From contig MAAI01000035.1 in the NCBI GenBank assembly GCA_002163115.1, positions 24,004-88,003 on the forward strand: a stretch of DNA of 64,000 nt, read 5' to 3'. The DNA is from Methylophaga sp. 41_12_T18. Lineage in GTDB: Bacteria > Pseudomonadota > Gammaproteobacteria > Nitrosococcales > Methylophagaceae. Positions 30,994-39,007 of the stretch are shown piece after piece. The first letter of the stretch is position 1; every line of letters starts with the position of its first letter. Position numbers and translations under genes: made by a program. Under the pieces are notes generated by a model. The model saw only the letters and a program-made list of their open reading frames with translations, ran no database searches and was not told the origin of the DNA.

Positions 30994-31087
30994 CCTCACA
31001 AATAACTCTTGGTCACTTATCTACAGTTGGGACAGCTTCAACATCACTCAATATCAATATGTTCTAGAGGCAGGTGCTGCTCCATGA
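30980..31087 (+). CDS. Putative 35-aa leader ORF (MKSHLLTNNSWSLIYSWDSFNITQYQYVLEAGAAP)
   Basis: ATG lies 9 nt after AAGGA. The ORF ends CCA-TGA, and the TGA overlaps the ATG (31084) of the next gene as ATGA. Too short for the ORF track; translated by hand. Confidence 0.35.
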   Translation: MKSHLLTNNSWSLIYSWDSFNITQYQYVLEAGAAP

Positions 31088-31533
31088 AACGATTTATTTT
31101 CACTGTTTTATTACTAATGATTAATGCAATTACCATTTCGCTATTATTCATGGCACCTAATTTTGGTGAAGCACTTTTCATTTTTATTTTCTTTTTTGTA
31201 TTGCTAGTCGCCTATGTTCTAAGCTTCTCAAAAACTACCGTAAACTCTTTCTTTGTCAAAAAATCGGGAGAAATACTAGGCGATATATTAATTTCATGTG
31301 GTTGTTTTTTCTGCATGTATCAAATTGCAATGGCCCCCATAACAGGGGAGATTATTGGGGGAGCAAGAGGTATATCAACACACCTCACTTTTCAAAATAG
31401 TCCTGACCTTTTTTTAACGTTCATCTTAATATACTTATGTGGAAGTGTGGTTTTTGGCAGAATGACTTGGGATGCATTAAAAAATCATTGGGTGTCAGTT
31501 AAACAATACAGATCGAATGCTAATAAACTTTAA
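31084..31533 (+). CDS. Hypothetical integral membrane protein (about 4 TM)
   Basis: Start chosen at MKRFIFTVLLLMINAITISLLF (ATG 31084); the ORF-track TTG at 31009 would overlap the leader ORF. Very AT-rich. No family recognised. Confidence 0.55.
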   Translation: MKRFIFTVLLLMINAITISLLFMAPNFGEALFIFIFFFVLLVAYVLSFSKTTVNSFFVKKSGEILGDILISCGCFFCMYQIAMAPITGEIIGGARGISTHLTFQNSPDLFLTFILIYLCGSVVFGRMTWDALKNHWVSVKQYRSNANKL

Positions 31534-31550
31534 GTAAATACGTCTTCAAT

Positions 31551-31886
31551 ATGAACCAAAAATTTAATGAATTTAAAGAAAAGTCTTTAAACACTGACTA
31601 CCCTCTGTGGAGGAATGTCGTATCAACATTTTTCCTCGCGTTCATGTGCCTTGGTGTCGTTGGTAGCTTTTGGTATTTCTACTGGTCTACTGAAAATATG
31701 CAATGCTATGAAGGCTTTCTCTATACGTCTGCAGCTTGGATAGTGGTTGAGTTAGTCGTTATCAGCTACCTATTTAAATTTAACACTATTCCAATGTTTG
31801 CTAGAGATTCCATCGGTGCGCTCATTGCTTTCTCAAATATCTGGTTTGGTCTATTCATCTTCAGCTTAAGACCTTGCGGTGCATAA
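31551..31886 (+). CDS. Hypothetical integral membrane protein (about 3 TM)
   Basis: 111 aa. Hydrophobic stretches VVSTFFLAFMCLGVVGSFWYFYW, AAWIVVELVVISYLF, ALIAFSNIWFGLFIF. Starts 17 nt after the preceding stop. Confidence 0.5.
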   Translation: MNQKFNEFKEKSLNTDYPLWRNVVSTFFLAFMCLGVVGSFWYFYWSTENMQCYEGFLYTSAAWIVVELVVISYLFKFNTIPMFARDSIGALIAFSNIWFGLFIFSLRPCGA

Positions 31887-31937
31887 CACTGCTACTATTA
31901 GCAGCTAATCCCATCGTGGAATCACTAAGAGTTCAAC

Positions 31938-32261
31938 ATGAGTAAAAAACTACAAGATTTATCAGAGATGGTCGCTAGGGCGAACGACGTGTTCTATAGC
32001 AAGTTTGCTACTGTGGATACATTGATGGGAATTATGGATAAGACCTTACGCAAGCAGGGGATGAAAGCGGATGCAATCACTATTGATTGCATCGCTCTCG
32101 ATAAGAAGATCGTTATCCTACTCCACGATGATAAGCCTGATTTTGTCGACATTGCTTTGGGTAATAAAGAAGGTGATATTTACTCATCTTCAGAATACGA
32201 ACTTGCCAAGCTATCGGAAACGGCTTTGGTGGAGATAATGGCAGCGAACTTTATTTCTTAA
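31938..32261 (+). CDS. Hypothetical soluble protein
   Basis: 107-aa ORF with no recognisable motif. Same strand as, and close to, the two membrane ORFs. Confidence 0.45.
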   Translation: MSKKLQDLSEMVARANDVFYSKFATVDTLMGIMDKTLRKQGMKADAITIDCIALDKKIVILLHDDKPDFVDIALGNKEGDIYSSSEYELAKLSETALVEIMAANFIS

Positions 32262-32601
32262 CACCTTTGATGCGGCTAATGACAATTTTCAACTGACAGA
32301 AGAAGCATTTAACAAAGTTACCGCTGGTGTGTTTAAAGTGCTTTTTAAGTGGTTTTTTCACTTCCCACGTACCTTTAAAGCCATTTGGAAACACGACTAA
32401 ATCACCGGCTTTGAATGTAACTGCTGGACTACCATCTTCTGGTGTCATCACACATTCGCCTTCTAAGATATAGGCATTTTCAGTCGTGACGAATTCCCAA
32501 GGGAATACAGACACTTCTTTTTGCCAGGTCGGCCAGTAAGCCACACCTAATTGTTTTAGACGTTCTTCGCTTAGGTTACTTTCAACGGTAATTTGTTTCA
32601 T
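32251..32601 (-). CDS. Cupin-domain protein (DUF861 / cupin_3-like)
   Basis: 116 aa. WEFVTTENAYILEGECVMTPEDG...FKAGDLVVFPNGFKGTWEV is a typical small single-domain cupin. Confidence 0.75.
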   Translation of the reverse strand: MKQITVESNLSEERLKQLGVAYWPTWQKEVSVFPWEFVTTENAYILEGECVMTPEDGSPAVTFKAGDLVVFPNGFKGTWEVKKPLKKHFKHTSGNFVKCFFCQLKIVISRIKGVKK

Positions 32602-32759
32602 GTTTCTTTTATATTCCTAAAGGTTAGATTTATGCTCAAAGTCAGCAGACTTTTCATGGTGACATAGTATGTTTTTCAGCCTGTTTTGACTATGTTTTAA
32701 GCGTAATCACCTCTAATTAGTGCTAAATACTGATAATAAGTACTTAAATCCGCCAAAAA

Positions 32760-34418
32760 CTAACTAGCGACTGCGTCCGTGGCTACGTCGAGTTTTACAC
32801 TTTGTAGTTGCTTGCTATACGCCCAAACACTGTCACGTTCGGCACCATAATACACACGCTTTCTGACCTGCGATGCGATGTAAGCAAAGGCAAAAGCCAT
32901 AACAACAGCGGTGATATCCACAGCTAACAGGGCGGGTTGCAAATGAAACCATAAGCCTGTTGCCGGCATTAACCAGCCAGCAACCGAGCTCAAAGGAATG
33001 GCTAAGGTAAACAGTGCTGCCACAAACAATAACTCAAACATGGCACGTGCAGGACCTCGCAACCACGCCCAAGCAAGAGCCATGAAGAACACGGTGTAAT
33101 ACACTGTCTGGTGCCAGCTATATAACTCACTCACGTACAAACTCAACAACTTACTTGAGGCAATCATTAATGAAATACCCGCCACACAACCTAAACTGAT
33201 ACCCACCGTTAACGTAGCTAGCACTCTGACATCTTTTCGTTGTTTTGGCTGTTTTCCATCTCTTTTTTGTCTTTTTCGACGATTTTCAACCCATAATAAG
33301 TTGCCAGTGAAAAATAACCATGCACCAGCCAGGCCTAAAATAAAGTAAGCCCAACGCACAAGGTTGCCACCATAAGTCGCAAAGTGAAGTGCAAAGAAAC
33401 TACTTAATGTGGTTGATGCTGCGCCTTGATGGCCAGGTAAATACAATGTGCTTTGCACTTCACCGGTATAAGGGTTCATCGGTATAAAACCACCCGGTGC
33501 ACGTGGTGCAATTGCACTGTCATCATGGCCCCAAATACGGACTGTCGCTCGTGGCGTAGTGACATCGGAGTAGTCCAAACGATAAGGCGTAAAGCTTGGA
33601 GATACCGCTTGAGCAGTTTTAAGCAACTCACTCGGTAACACCATTAAGTCAGGGTTAGTTGGCTGATCTGCTGCCGGTTTTGGCATATCCGCCATAAAAG
33701 CGTGACGTAATTGACCTTGGTGAACAACTTTGTCTTGCACGTCATAAATAGTGTCGTGATATGCAAAGACAAATGCCGTCAGAGCCATCACCACATGCAG
33801 TGGCAAGCTAAATACACCCACCACATTATGTGCATCTAACCAAACACGTTTGGGCTTACGGCCAATGCGAAAGGCGAATAGCTCTTTGACTAAGATCGGT
33901 AAAAGAATAATCAGACCAGACATCAACGCCAGTGAATAAACACCCACGATCACGCCCATGATCCACCGATTCACATCAGAATCGACCGGCAAACCGAGTA
34001 CTCGGTGCAATACATCAATAAACTGAGCGAGTGGGTTTGGTTTGAGTTGCTCGATAACAGGTTCACCGTCGAGGCCGGCTTTAATGGCATAGTGTTTATT
34101 GTGTGAACCACCCTGTTCATCGCGAACCTTCCACGTCACTTGCTCAGTAAAGTGTTCATCAGGGTGAATATAAAGGCGCACACTGTCTGCTGCATGTTGA
34201 TCCGTCTTGATAATATGAGATAGCAACTTTGCAGCGTCATCAATCGATGTTTCAGTCGCCGCTTCTACAACAGGCGGAGTAGCCCAATGCATGAGTGGCT
34301 CTTTGAATATAGAAATCGCACCAGCATAAAATGCAATAAACAATGCTAAGGCGGAGACAATACCTGTCCAGGTATGAAGTGTCTTATAGACACGAATAAT
34401 TTCTGATTTTATTTTCAT
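32760..34418 (-). CDS. PepSY-associated TM-helix protein (PiuB-like, putative siderophore-iron reductase/membrane component)
   Basis: 552 aa. N-terminal YKTLHTWTGIVSALALFIAFYAGAISIF motif and multiple TM helices with conserved His. Context with a TonB-dependent receptor. Confidence 0.8.
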   Translation of the reverse strand: MKIKSEIIRVYKTLHTWTGIVSALALFIAFYAGAISIFKEPLMHWATPPVVEAATETSIDDAAKLLSHIIKTDQHAADSVRLYIHPDEHFTEQVTWKVRDEQGGSHNKHYAIKAGLDGEPVIEQLKPNPLAQFIDVLHRVLGLPVDSDVNRWIMGVIVGVYSLALMSGLIILLPILVKELFAFRIGRKPKRVWLDAHNVVGVFSLPLHVVMALTAFVFAYHDTIYDVQDKVVHQGQLRHAFMADMPKPAADQPTNPDLMVLPSELLKTAQAVSPSFTPYRLDYSDVTTPRATVRIWGHDDSAIAPRAPGGFIPMNPYTGEVQSTLYLPGHQGAASTTLSSFFALHFATYGGNLVRWAYFILGLAGAWLFFTGNLLWVENRRKRQKRDGKQPKQRKDVRVLATLTVGISLGCVAGISLMIASSKLLSLYVSELYSWHQTVYYTVFFMALAWAWLRGPARAMFELLFVAALFTLAIPLSSVAGWLMPATGLWFHLQPALLAVDITAVVMAFAFAYIASQVRKRVYYGAERDSVWAYSKQLQSVKLDVATDAVAS

Positions 34419-34427
34419 GGCGTGTAG

Positions 34428-34712
34428 CTAGAAGAATCTCAATAGCCCATAAATGACAACAACCAGCAGGTTGGCCAAACCTAGCCATAACCATGCACGT
34501 TGTCCTGTAGGGAATAAAAAACATAGGCTTAAAACAAACAGCCAGATCGGTGCAACAGACCACATCGCAAGCTGCACTTTGACGCTCATTGCGATATTCA
34601 GTGGCAATTGCATAAACACAGCGCTGCAAGCAAGACTAAGAAATAGACCTAACAGTAGGCCTGCCAGGGTCTTGCTTAGCCAATCAGTTTGAAAGGGAAT
34701 GGCCTTAGTCAT
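34428..34712 (-). CDS. Small integral membrane protein accompanying the PepSY/TBDR locus
   Basis: 94 aa with 3 predicted TM. ATG overlaps the upstream stop by 1 nt. Resembles DUF3649/DUF3325-type partners (assignment unverified). Confidence 0.6.
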   Translation of the reverse strand: MTKAIPFQTDWLSKTLAGLLLGLFLSLACSAVFMQLPLNIAMSVKVQLAMWSVAPIWLFVLSLCFLFPTGQRAWLWLGLANLLVVVIYGLLRFF

Positions 34713-34981
34713 TATTTATCGCCTCTATTAGAGGAATATAAAACGCCTAAGTAAGGGAATAATACAAATAACATCATTACCCAAATGAATAACGTAAAAA
34801 CGGCTGCTATAACCTGCATAGCAACCGTCATCATTACCAGACTGAGTGTGAGCAAGCCCACACCCGTCCATTTTGCCGCAGGAAGCGGCCCTTGCCTTGC
34901 TATCCACAACTGATGTCGCGATGACAAATAGATGTAAACACAAGCAACAAAGGCCATTAATAAGCCGCCGAACACAAACAT
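34712..34981 (-). CDS. Small integral membrane protein accompanying the PepSY/TBDR locus
   Basis: 89 aa with 3 predicted TM. Lies directly downstream of the TonB-dependent receptor gene. Confidence 0.6.
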   Translation of the reverse strand: MFVFGGLLMAFVACVYIYLSSRHQLWIARQGPLPAAKWTGVGLLTLSLVMMTVAMQVIAAVFTLFIWVMMLFVLFPYLGVLYSSNRGDK

Positions 34982-35014
34982 AGAGACTACTTCCTACAAA
35001 TTTAAACTATGAAA

Positions 35015-37045
35015 TTAAAATGAATATGTAGCTGAAACACCAAAGTGGCGAGGCTCAATCAAATCAGCATAACCAAAAGGGTATCGACCACTTGCTGGTT
35101 CTTCAACTCTCACCGCTTCTTTATCCGTTACGTTATTCACATAAGCTGACACTAACCAGTTCTCGACTTCGTAATTCGCATTAAAGTTGATAACGGTATA
35201 ACCACCGACTTCACGCTCATCTGTATTTTCGATATCACCATACGAACCACCGATATAGTTCAGGTTGGCACCGACATCAAACTCATCAGTCACGTAGTAA
35301 GTACCGCCAATGGTTACGGTCTCTTTCGGCGCAGTGCTCAGCTCATTACCTTTAATACCGGTATAGTCATCGCCACCGTCTTTGATTTCTGTGCTTAACA
35401 AACCAATACCAAGGTTAACTTCTAAGTCATCAGTCACTAACGCACTGACTTCTAATTCAGCACCATAAGTCACCGCTTCTTCAATATTAACAATACGGCG
35501 GCGAGAATTTGATCCTTGGTAGCCATCGTATTCATTGTAGAAAACGTTAGCGCGAACATTAACCTTGCCATCGAACAAGTCACTATGAACACTTAACTCG
35601 TACGCATTGACCTCTTCTTCATCGTAGTAGTAGTATTCTCCAGCCGCATAGTCTAATGCACCACCACCTGAGTTATAGCCTTTTTTAGCACTCAATGCGA
35701 CTCGAGTTGCATCAGTCACATCATACTGCAGCACTAATTTTGGTAACAAAACTGTATTACTTTCATCCAATGACGTATCAATACCTGGTGCTGGATATAC
35801 AAAGCGGCGCTCTTGAGTTTCATCTTGATAGCGTAAGCCACCCGTAATGGTAAAACGATCTGTCACACCGTAGTTAAGTTCACCATAAACAGATTTAGTA
35901 TCGGCTTCATCTTTAGCGCCATAGGTAGGAGAACCGGTACTGATTATGTCTTGATCACGTTCAAAATAAGCCAAACCGACAAAACCATTCAATGTTTTAT
36001 TATCTTCACCAAAGTTAACTTTGGCATCAATATATTGATTCTCTTCTTCAAAGATTAAGTCTTGCTCTCCAGCAGCAGTTGAAGCATATGCATTAAAACC
36101 CCAATCATAACCTGTATCAGAAACCAAAATATCGAACGAGATCGAATTAGTTAACTGGTAATCCAACTTCAAGCTTGTTGTCTCACTGTCAGTCTCGATA
36201 TTACGAATGTAAATCTTTTCATATGAGCTAGGATCATCAGCCCGGAAATAACGTCTACCGGTGTCACCTTGTTCTTCATTTTTAGAATAGGTAAGAAGCG
36301 CATCTAAATTATCAGTCGCTTTCCATAACAACTTAATGCGACCTTTTTCGGTATCTATTTCATTGAGATCATAACCAGCAGGGTTACCTGCGTATTCATC
36401 ATTACTGGTGGTTGTTTGTGCATCTACCATCTGTCCAGAAATACGAAATGCTAACTTATCTTCAATAATCGGCCCAGATAACATCACCGCTTTATCAATG
36501 TAGTTTTCTTCGTTGCGATAACCTAATCTAACTGCACCTTCCCAATCAAAGCTCGGATCTTTTGTTTTAATGTAGATCGCACCACCGATACTGTTACGAC
36601 CATTGGTTGTTGATTGTGGGCCACGGAAAACCTCGATTTGCTCCACATCCCACAAGCCTGAGTCGCCAGTAAAGTCAGCAACAAAAGGTTCCGCTACACC
36701 ATCAATAAGCACAGAAACACGAGGGTTAGCACCACCAGTGATCGAGTTAAAACCACCAGCAGAACCATTACCGGAAACACCACGAATATTGGGTACCACA
36801 CCGGTTGGTGTAACAACATTCGGTACAGCAGAAATCGCTTCTCTCACTGTTTGGTTGCGTGTTGTTCTCAATACATCATCACCAATAACAGTGACGGCCG
36901 ACGTAGTATCTTTTAAAGACTTCTCAAGTTTTTCACCCTTAACGGTAAGGTCACCTAAAACTACGGTCGCGTTATCTTGTTCAGCCGCAAAGGCAACATT
37001 TGCTAGGCTCATCGACACTAGCAAAGAAAGTAATCGTTTGTTCAT
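35015..37045 (-). CDS. TonB-dependent outer-membrane receptor (siderophore type)
   Basis: 676 aa. Signal peptide MNKRLLSLLVSMSLANVAFA. TonB-box-like VVLGDLTVKG. Plug motif (IEVFRGPQSTTNGRNSIGGAI). C-terminal ...ATYSF. Confidence 0.93.
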   Translation of the reverse strand: MNKRLLSLLVSMSLANVAFAAEQDNATVVLGDLTVKGEKLEKSLKDTTSAVTVIGDDVLRTTRNQTVREAISAVPNVVTPTGVVPNIRGVSGNGSAGGFNSITGGANPRVSVLIDGVAEPFVADFTGDSGLWDVEQIEVFRGPQSTTNGRNSIGGAIYIKTKDPSFDWEGAVRLGYRNEENYIDKAVMLSGPIIEDKLAFRISGQMVDAQTTTSNDEYAGNPAGYDLNEIDTEKGRIKLLWKATDNLDALLTYSKNEEQGDTGRRYFRADDPSSYEKIYIRNIETDSETTSLKLDYQLTNSISFDILVSDTGYDWGFNAYASTAAGEQDLIFEEENQYIDAKVNFGEDNKTLNGFVGLAYFERDQDIISTGSPTYGAKDEADTKSVYGELNYGVTDRFTITGGLRYQDETQERRFVYPAPGIDTSLDESNTVLLPKLVLQYDVTDATRVALSAKKGYNSGGGALDYAAGEYYYYDEEEVNAYELSVHSDLFDGKVNVRANVFYNEYDGYQGSNSRRRIVNIEEAVTYGAELEVSALVTDDLEVNLGIGLLSTEIKDGGDDYTGIKGNELSTAPKETVTIGGTYYVTDEFDVGANLNYIGGSYGDIENTDEREVGGYTVINFNANYEVENWLVSAYVNNVTDKEAVRVEEPASGRYPFGYADLIEPRHFGVSATYSF

Positions 37046-37145
37046 TTTGACTCCAAATCAAACTTTTTTCTGAAAGCCTTGCATCAATTTGCATTTCTAT
37101 AAGCTATTCAAGGCATAAATGTTTACTATTTCCACAAAGCCAATT

Positions 37146-37164
37146 GCTAATGAAAATAATTCTC
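37146..37164. promoter_or_regulatory. Fur box in the divergent TBDR / AraC intergenic region
   Basis: gctaatgaaaataattctc matches GATAATGATAATCATTATC at 15/19 by hand alignment. It lies ~100 nt from each flanking start codon. Confidence 0.65.
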
Positions 37165-37263
37165 ATTCATGATAAGTTATTCGAAAGACGCATGTTTAGA
37201 AACTACTATTCAAAATCGTCAAACCTTTATCCAAAACCATCTTTTGCTACTTTGAACTAAAAA

Positions 37264-38259
37264 ATGAACCTTTCTGAAGAACAAATACAGTTTGCAGACA
37301 TGAGAAGACTGTCGAATAACTACTCCCATGTTTCACAAAATAAAACTAACCACGTCGACGATGATGTCGTTATTCAGGGTAAGTTCAAACGTAACCAATA
37401 TTCCGAAGGTTTATCGAGCCACGCCAGCGAAGCAACAGAAATGCAAGACTCGTTCAATATGGTCGAGCTACCAGCGGCATTGAGTTTTAACATCATTTTT
37501 GAAGGAAAAATCGACTTCACCCTAGGCGGCAATCACTACCAAATAGGCCATCACCTAGAGAATCATGCTGAATGTTACGCCTTCAGCCTAAATCGGCCAG
37601 ATACCTTCACTCGTTTTTTAAAAAAAGGCATGAAAGTCTGCAAGGTCAATATTTTTGTAGAACGCCACTGGTTAGAATCAAGATCAAACTCAGCAGAAAG
37701 TAGAGCAGAGCTAAAACGACTATTTCAAGATCACGCAGCACTTCGACACTGGAAAGCATCACCGCAAACCATCAAACTCGCCCACGATTTATCCAGCGTA
37801 AGTAAAAAAACCACACTAGAAAACAAACTTGAAACTGAATATTTAACAATCAAACTACTAAACCAGTGCATTGCAGATTTTCAATCCGACCTTGCAGATA
37901 GCCCGGTAAGCCAAGCACAAACATCCACCGTGGTCGCCAAACGGGATAACGAACTCAAGCAAAGCATCGACAAGTTATTACCGACAAGCCCCAGCCTAGA
38001 TCAAATAGCCCAATCTCTGGGTTTAAGCATCAGCACCCTACAAAGAAAGTTTAAAGCCGAATTTGGCATCACCGTAAACAGCTATTGCCGCCAACGTCGC
38101 TTAGATATCGCCAAAAAAGCACTCGCCGTGGATGGAATATCGATTGGCGAAGCGGCCTACATCGCAGGCTACAGCCACGCATCTAACTTCATGTCAGCAT
38201 TCAAAAAACGCTTTAACCAAACCCCGTCTGAATTCATTAAATACCATCATCAACGTTAA
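37264..38259 (+). CDS. AraC-family transcriptional regulator (PchR/YbtA-like context)
   Basis: 331 aa. C-terminal double HTH (LDQIAQSLGLSISTLQRKFKAEFG ... EAAYIAGYSHASNFMSAFKKRFNQTPSEF). Divergent from the TBDR. Confidence 0.88.
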   Translation: MNLSEEQIQFADMRRLSNNYSHVSQNKTNHVDDDVVIQGKFKRNQYSEGLSSHASEATEMQDSFNMVELPAALSFNIIFEGKIDFTLGGNHYQIGHHLENHAECYAFSLNRPDTFTRFLKKGMKVCKVNIFVERHWLESRSNSAESRAELKRLFQDHAALRHWKASPQTIKLAHDLSSVSKKTTLENKLETEYLTIKLLNQCIADFQSDLADSPVSQAQTSTVVAKRDNELKQSIDKLLPTSPSLDQIAQSLGLSISTLQRKFKAEFGITVNSYCRQRRLDIAKKALAVDGISIGEAAYIAGYSHASNFMSAFKKRFNQTPSEFIKYHHQR

Positions 38260-38356
38260 GCTTGTACTTAGTAACGAAAACAAAGTAAAACCTTACCCGA
38301 TCACTAATAAAATCAAACAATTGCATAAAAAATATGTCTAAATTCTTACTTAATTG

Positions 38357-38438
38357 ATGACAAGCCAAGTCAAAATACCCTATAGTCTTGGATCACTTAA
38401 TCATTAAGAAAAGGAATTCAACCAATGAAAAGTCACCA
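38357..38438 (+). promoter_or_regulatory. Copy 2 of the duplicated promoter/5'-UTR/start-codon module
   Basis: ATGACA (38357-38362), 18-nt spacer, TATAGT (38381-38386). The 36-nt core at 38400-38435 differs from copy 1 at one position. ATG at 38425. Confidence 0.5.
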
Positions 38439-38484
38439 CACCACACAGCTAAGGTCTTTAACCTCTCCACCCAAACCACTGTAA
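38425..38484 (+). CDS. Putative 19-aa leader ORF (MKSHHTTQLRSLTSPPKPL)
   Basis: Same RBS and first four codons as the leader at 30980. Stops 14 nt before ATG 38499, which has its own AAGGA RBS. Confidence 0.3.
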   Translation: MKSHHTTQLRSLTSPPKPL

Positions 38485-38498
38485 TATAAGGAAATATT

Positions 38499-38840
38499 AT
38501 GGACTTTTTAGAAATTATTGTTGGGGCAATAGCCCTATTGGTAGCAGCTAGAGCATTTACCCTTCAGAAATATGAAATAAGAAAAAATGGTCGAATAAGC
38601 GCCTTGGTACACTCCTCGAACCTCATACAACAAAAGATTGAATATCACGGAAAAATTATTGATGACATGAAGGTTAAAGGGAAGTCACACCAAGAATGGA
38701 AAGGCCATACTCACCGTATTAACGATCAGTTCAGGCCATTGAAAGGGAAAATAGATGCGGAATTACTCGAATTAATGGCGAAGCATGATGGTATTAGTTT
38801 GGCCGATGAAATTAAGTCCACTCTTAAAATAAGTAGTTAA
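38499..38840 (+). CDS. Hypothetical protein with N-terminal TM anchor
   Basis: 113 aa. MDFLEIIVGAIALLVAARAF hydrophobic N-terminus, then a charged soluble part. No family recognised. Confidence 0.5.
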   Translation: MDFLEIIVGAIALLVAARAFTLQKYEIRKNGRISALVHSSNLIQQKIEYHGKIIDDMKVKGKSHQEWKGHTHRINDQFRPLKGKIDAELLELMAKHDGISLADEIKSTLKISS

Positions 38841-38955
38841 CGGTCCCGTACCTCTCTTTTGCTCATTAGCTGATTTAATATGGGAAGAGAAGCAAGGGAC
38901 AGCCAGCTTGATTTTAAAGGCTATTCCCCCAATAAACCGTTGAAGTGTTCAGGGT

Positions 38956-38991
38956 AAAAGAATAAGGTTACGTTGTTACTTAACCTTATTC
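38956..38991 (-). terminator. Rho-independent terminator of the alcohol dehydrogenase gene
   Basis: gaataaggtta / taaccttattc is a perfect 11-bp stem (38960-38991) with a 10-nt loop. On the minus strand it is followed by TTTT. Confidence 0.7.
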
Positions 38992-39007
38992 TCAACGCCG
39001 TATATGA

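Noticed and set aside
30876-32261. Idea that the small AT-rich ORFs are integron gene cassettes and the duplicated module is an attC/VCR-type site
   Set aside because: There is no intI gene. The repeats sit upstream, not downstream, of the ORFs. The gaps between the three ORFs are 17 and 51 nt, with no imperfect-palindrome attC structure or RYYYAAC/GTTRRRY core pair. The conserved blocks coincide with -35/-10/RBS positions instead.
34384-34943. Alternative-frame ORFs 34384-34629, 34453-34692 and 34728-34943 overlapping the two small membrane-protein genes
   Set aside because: The chosen frames (34428-34712 and 34712-34981) give clean multi-TM proteins with coupled stop/start codons. The alternatives have Cys/Arg-rich, non-protein-like translations.
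36603-37073. 156-aa ORF antisense to the TonB-dependent receptor gene
   Set aside because: A shadow ORF inside a well-supported CDS, with no independent signals.
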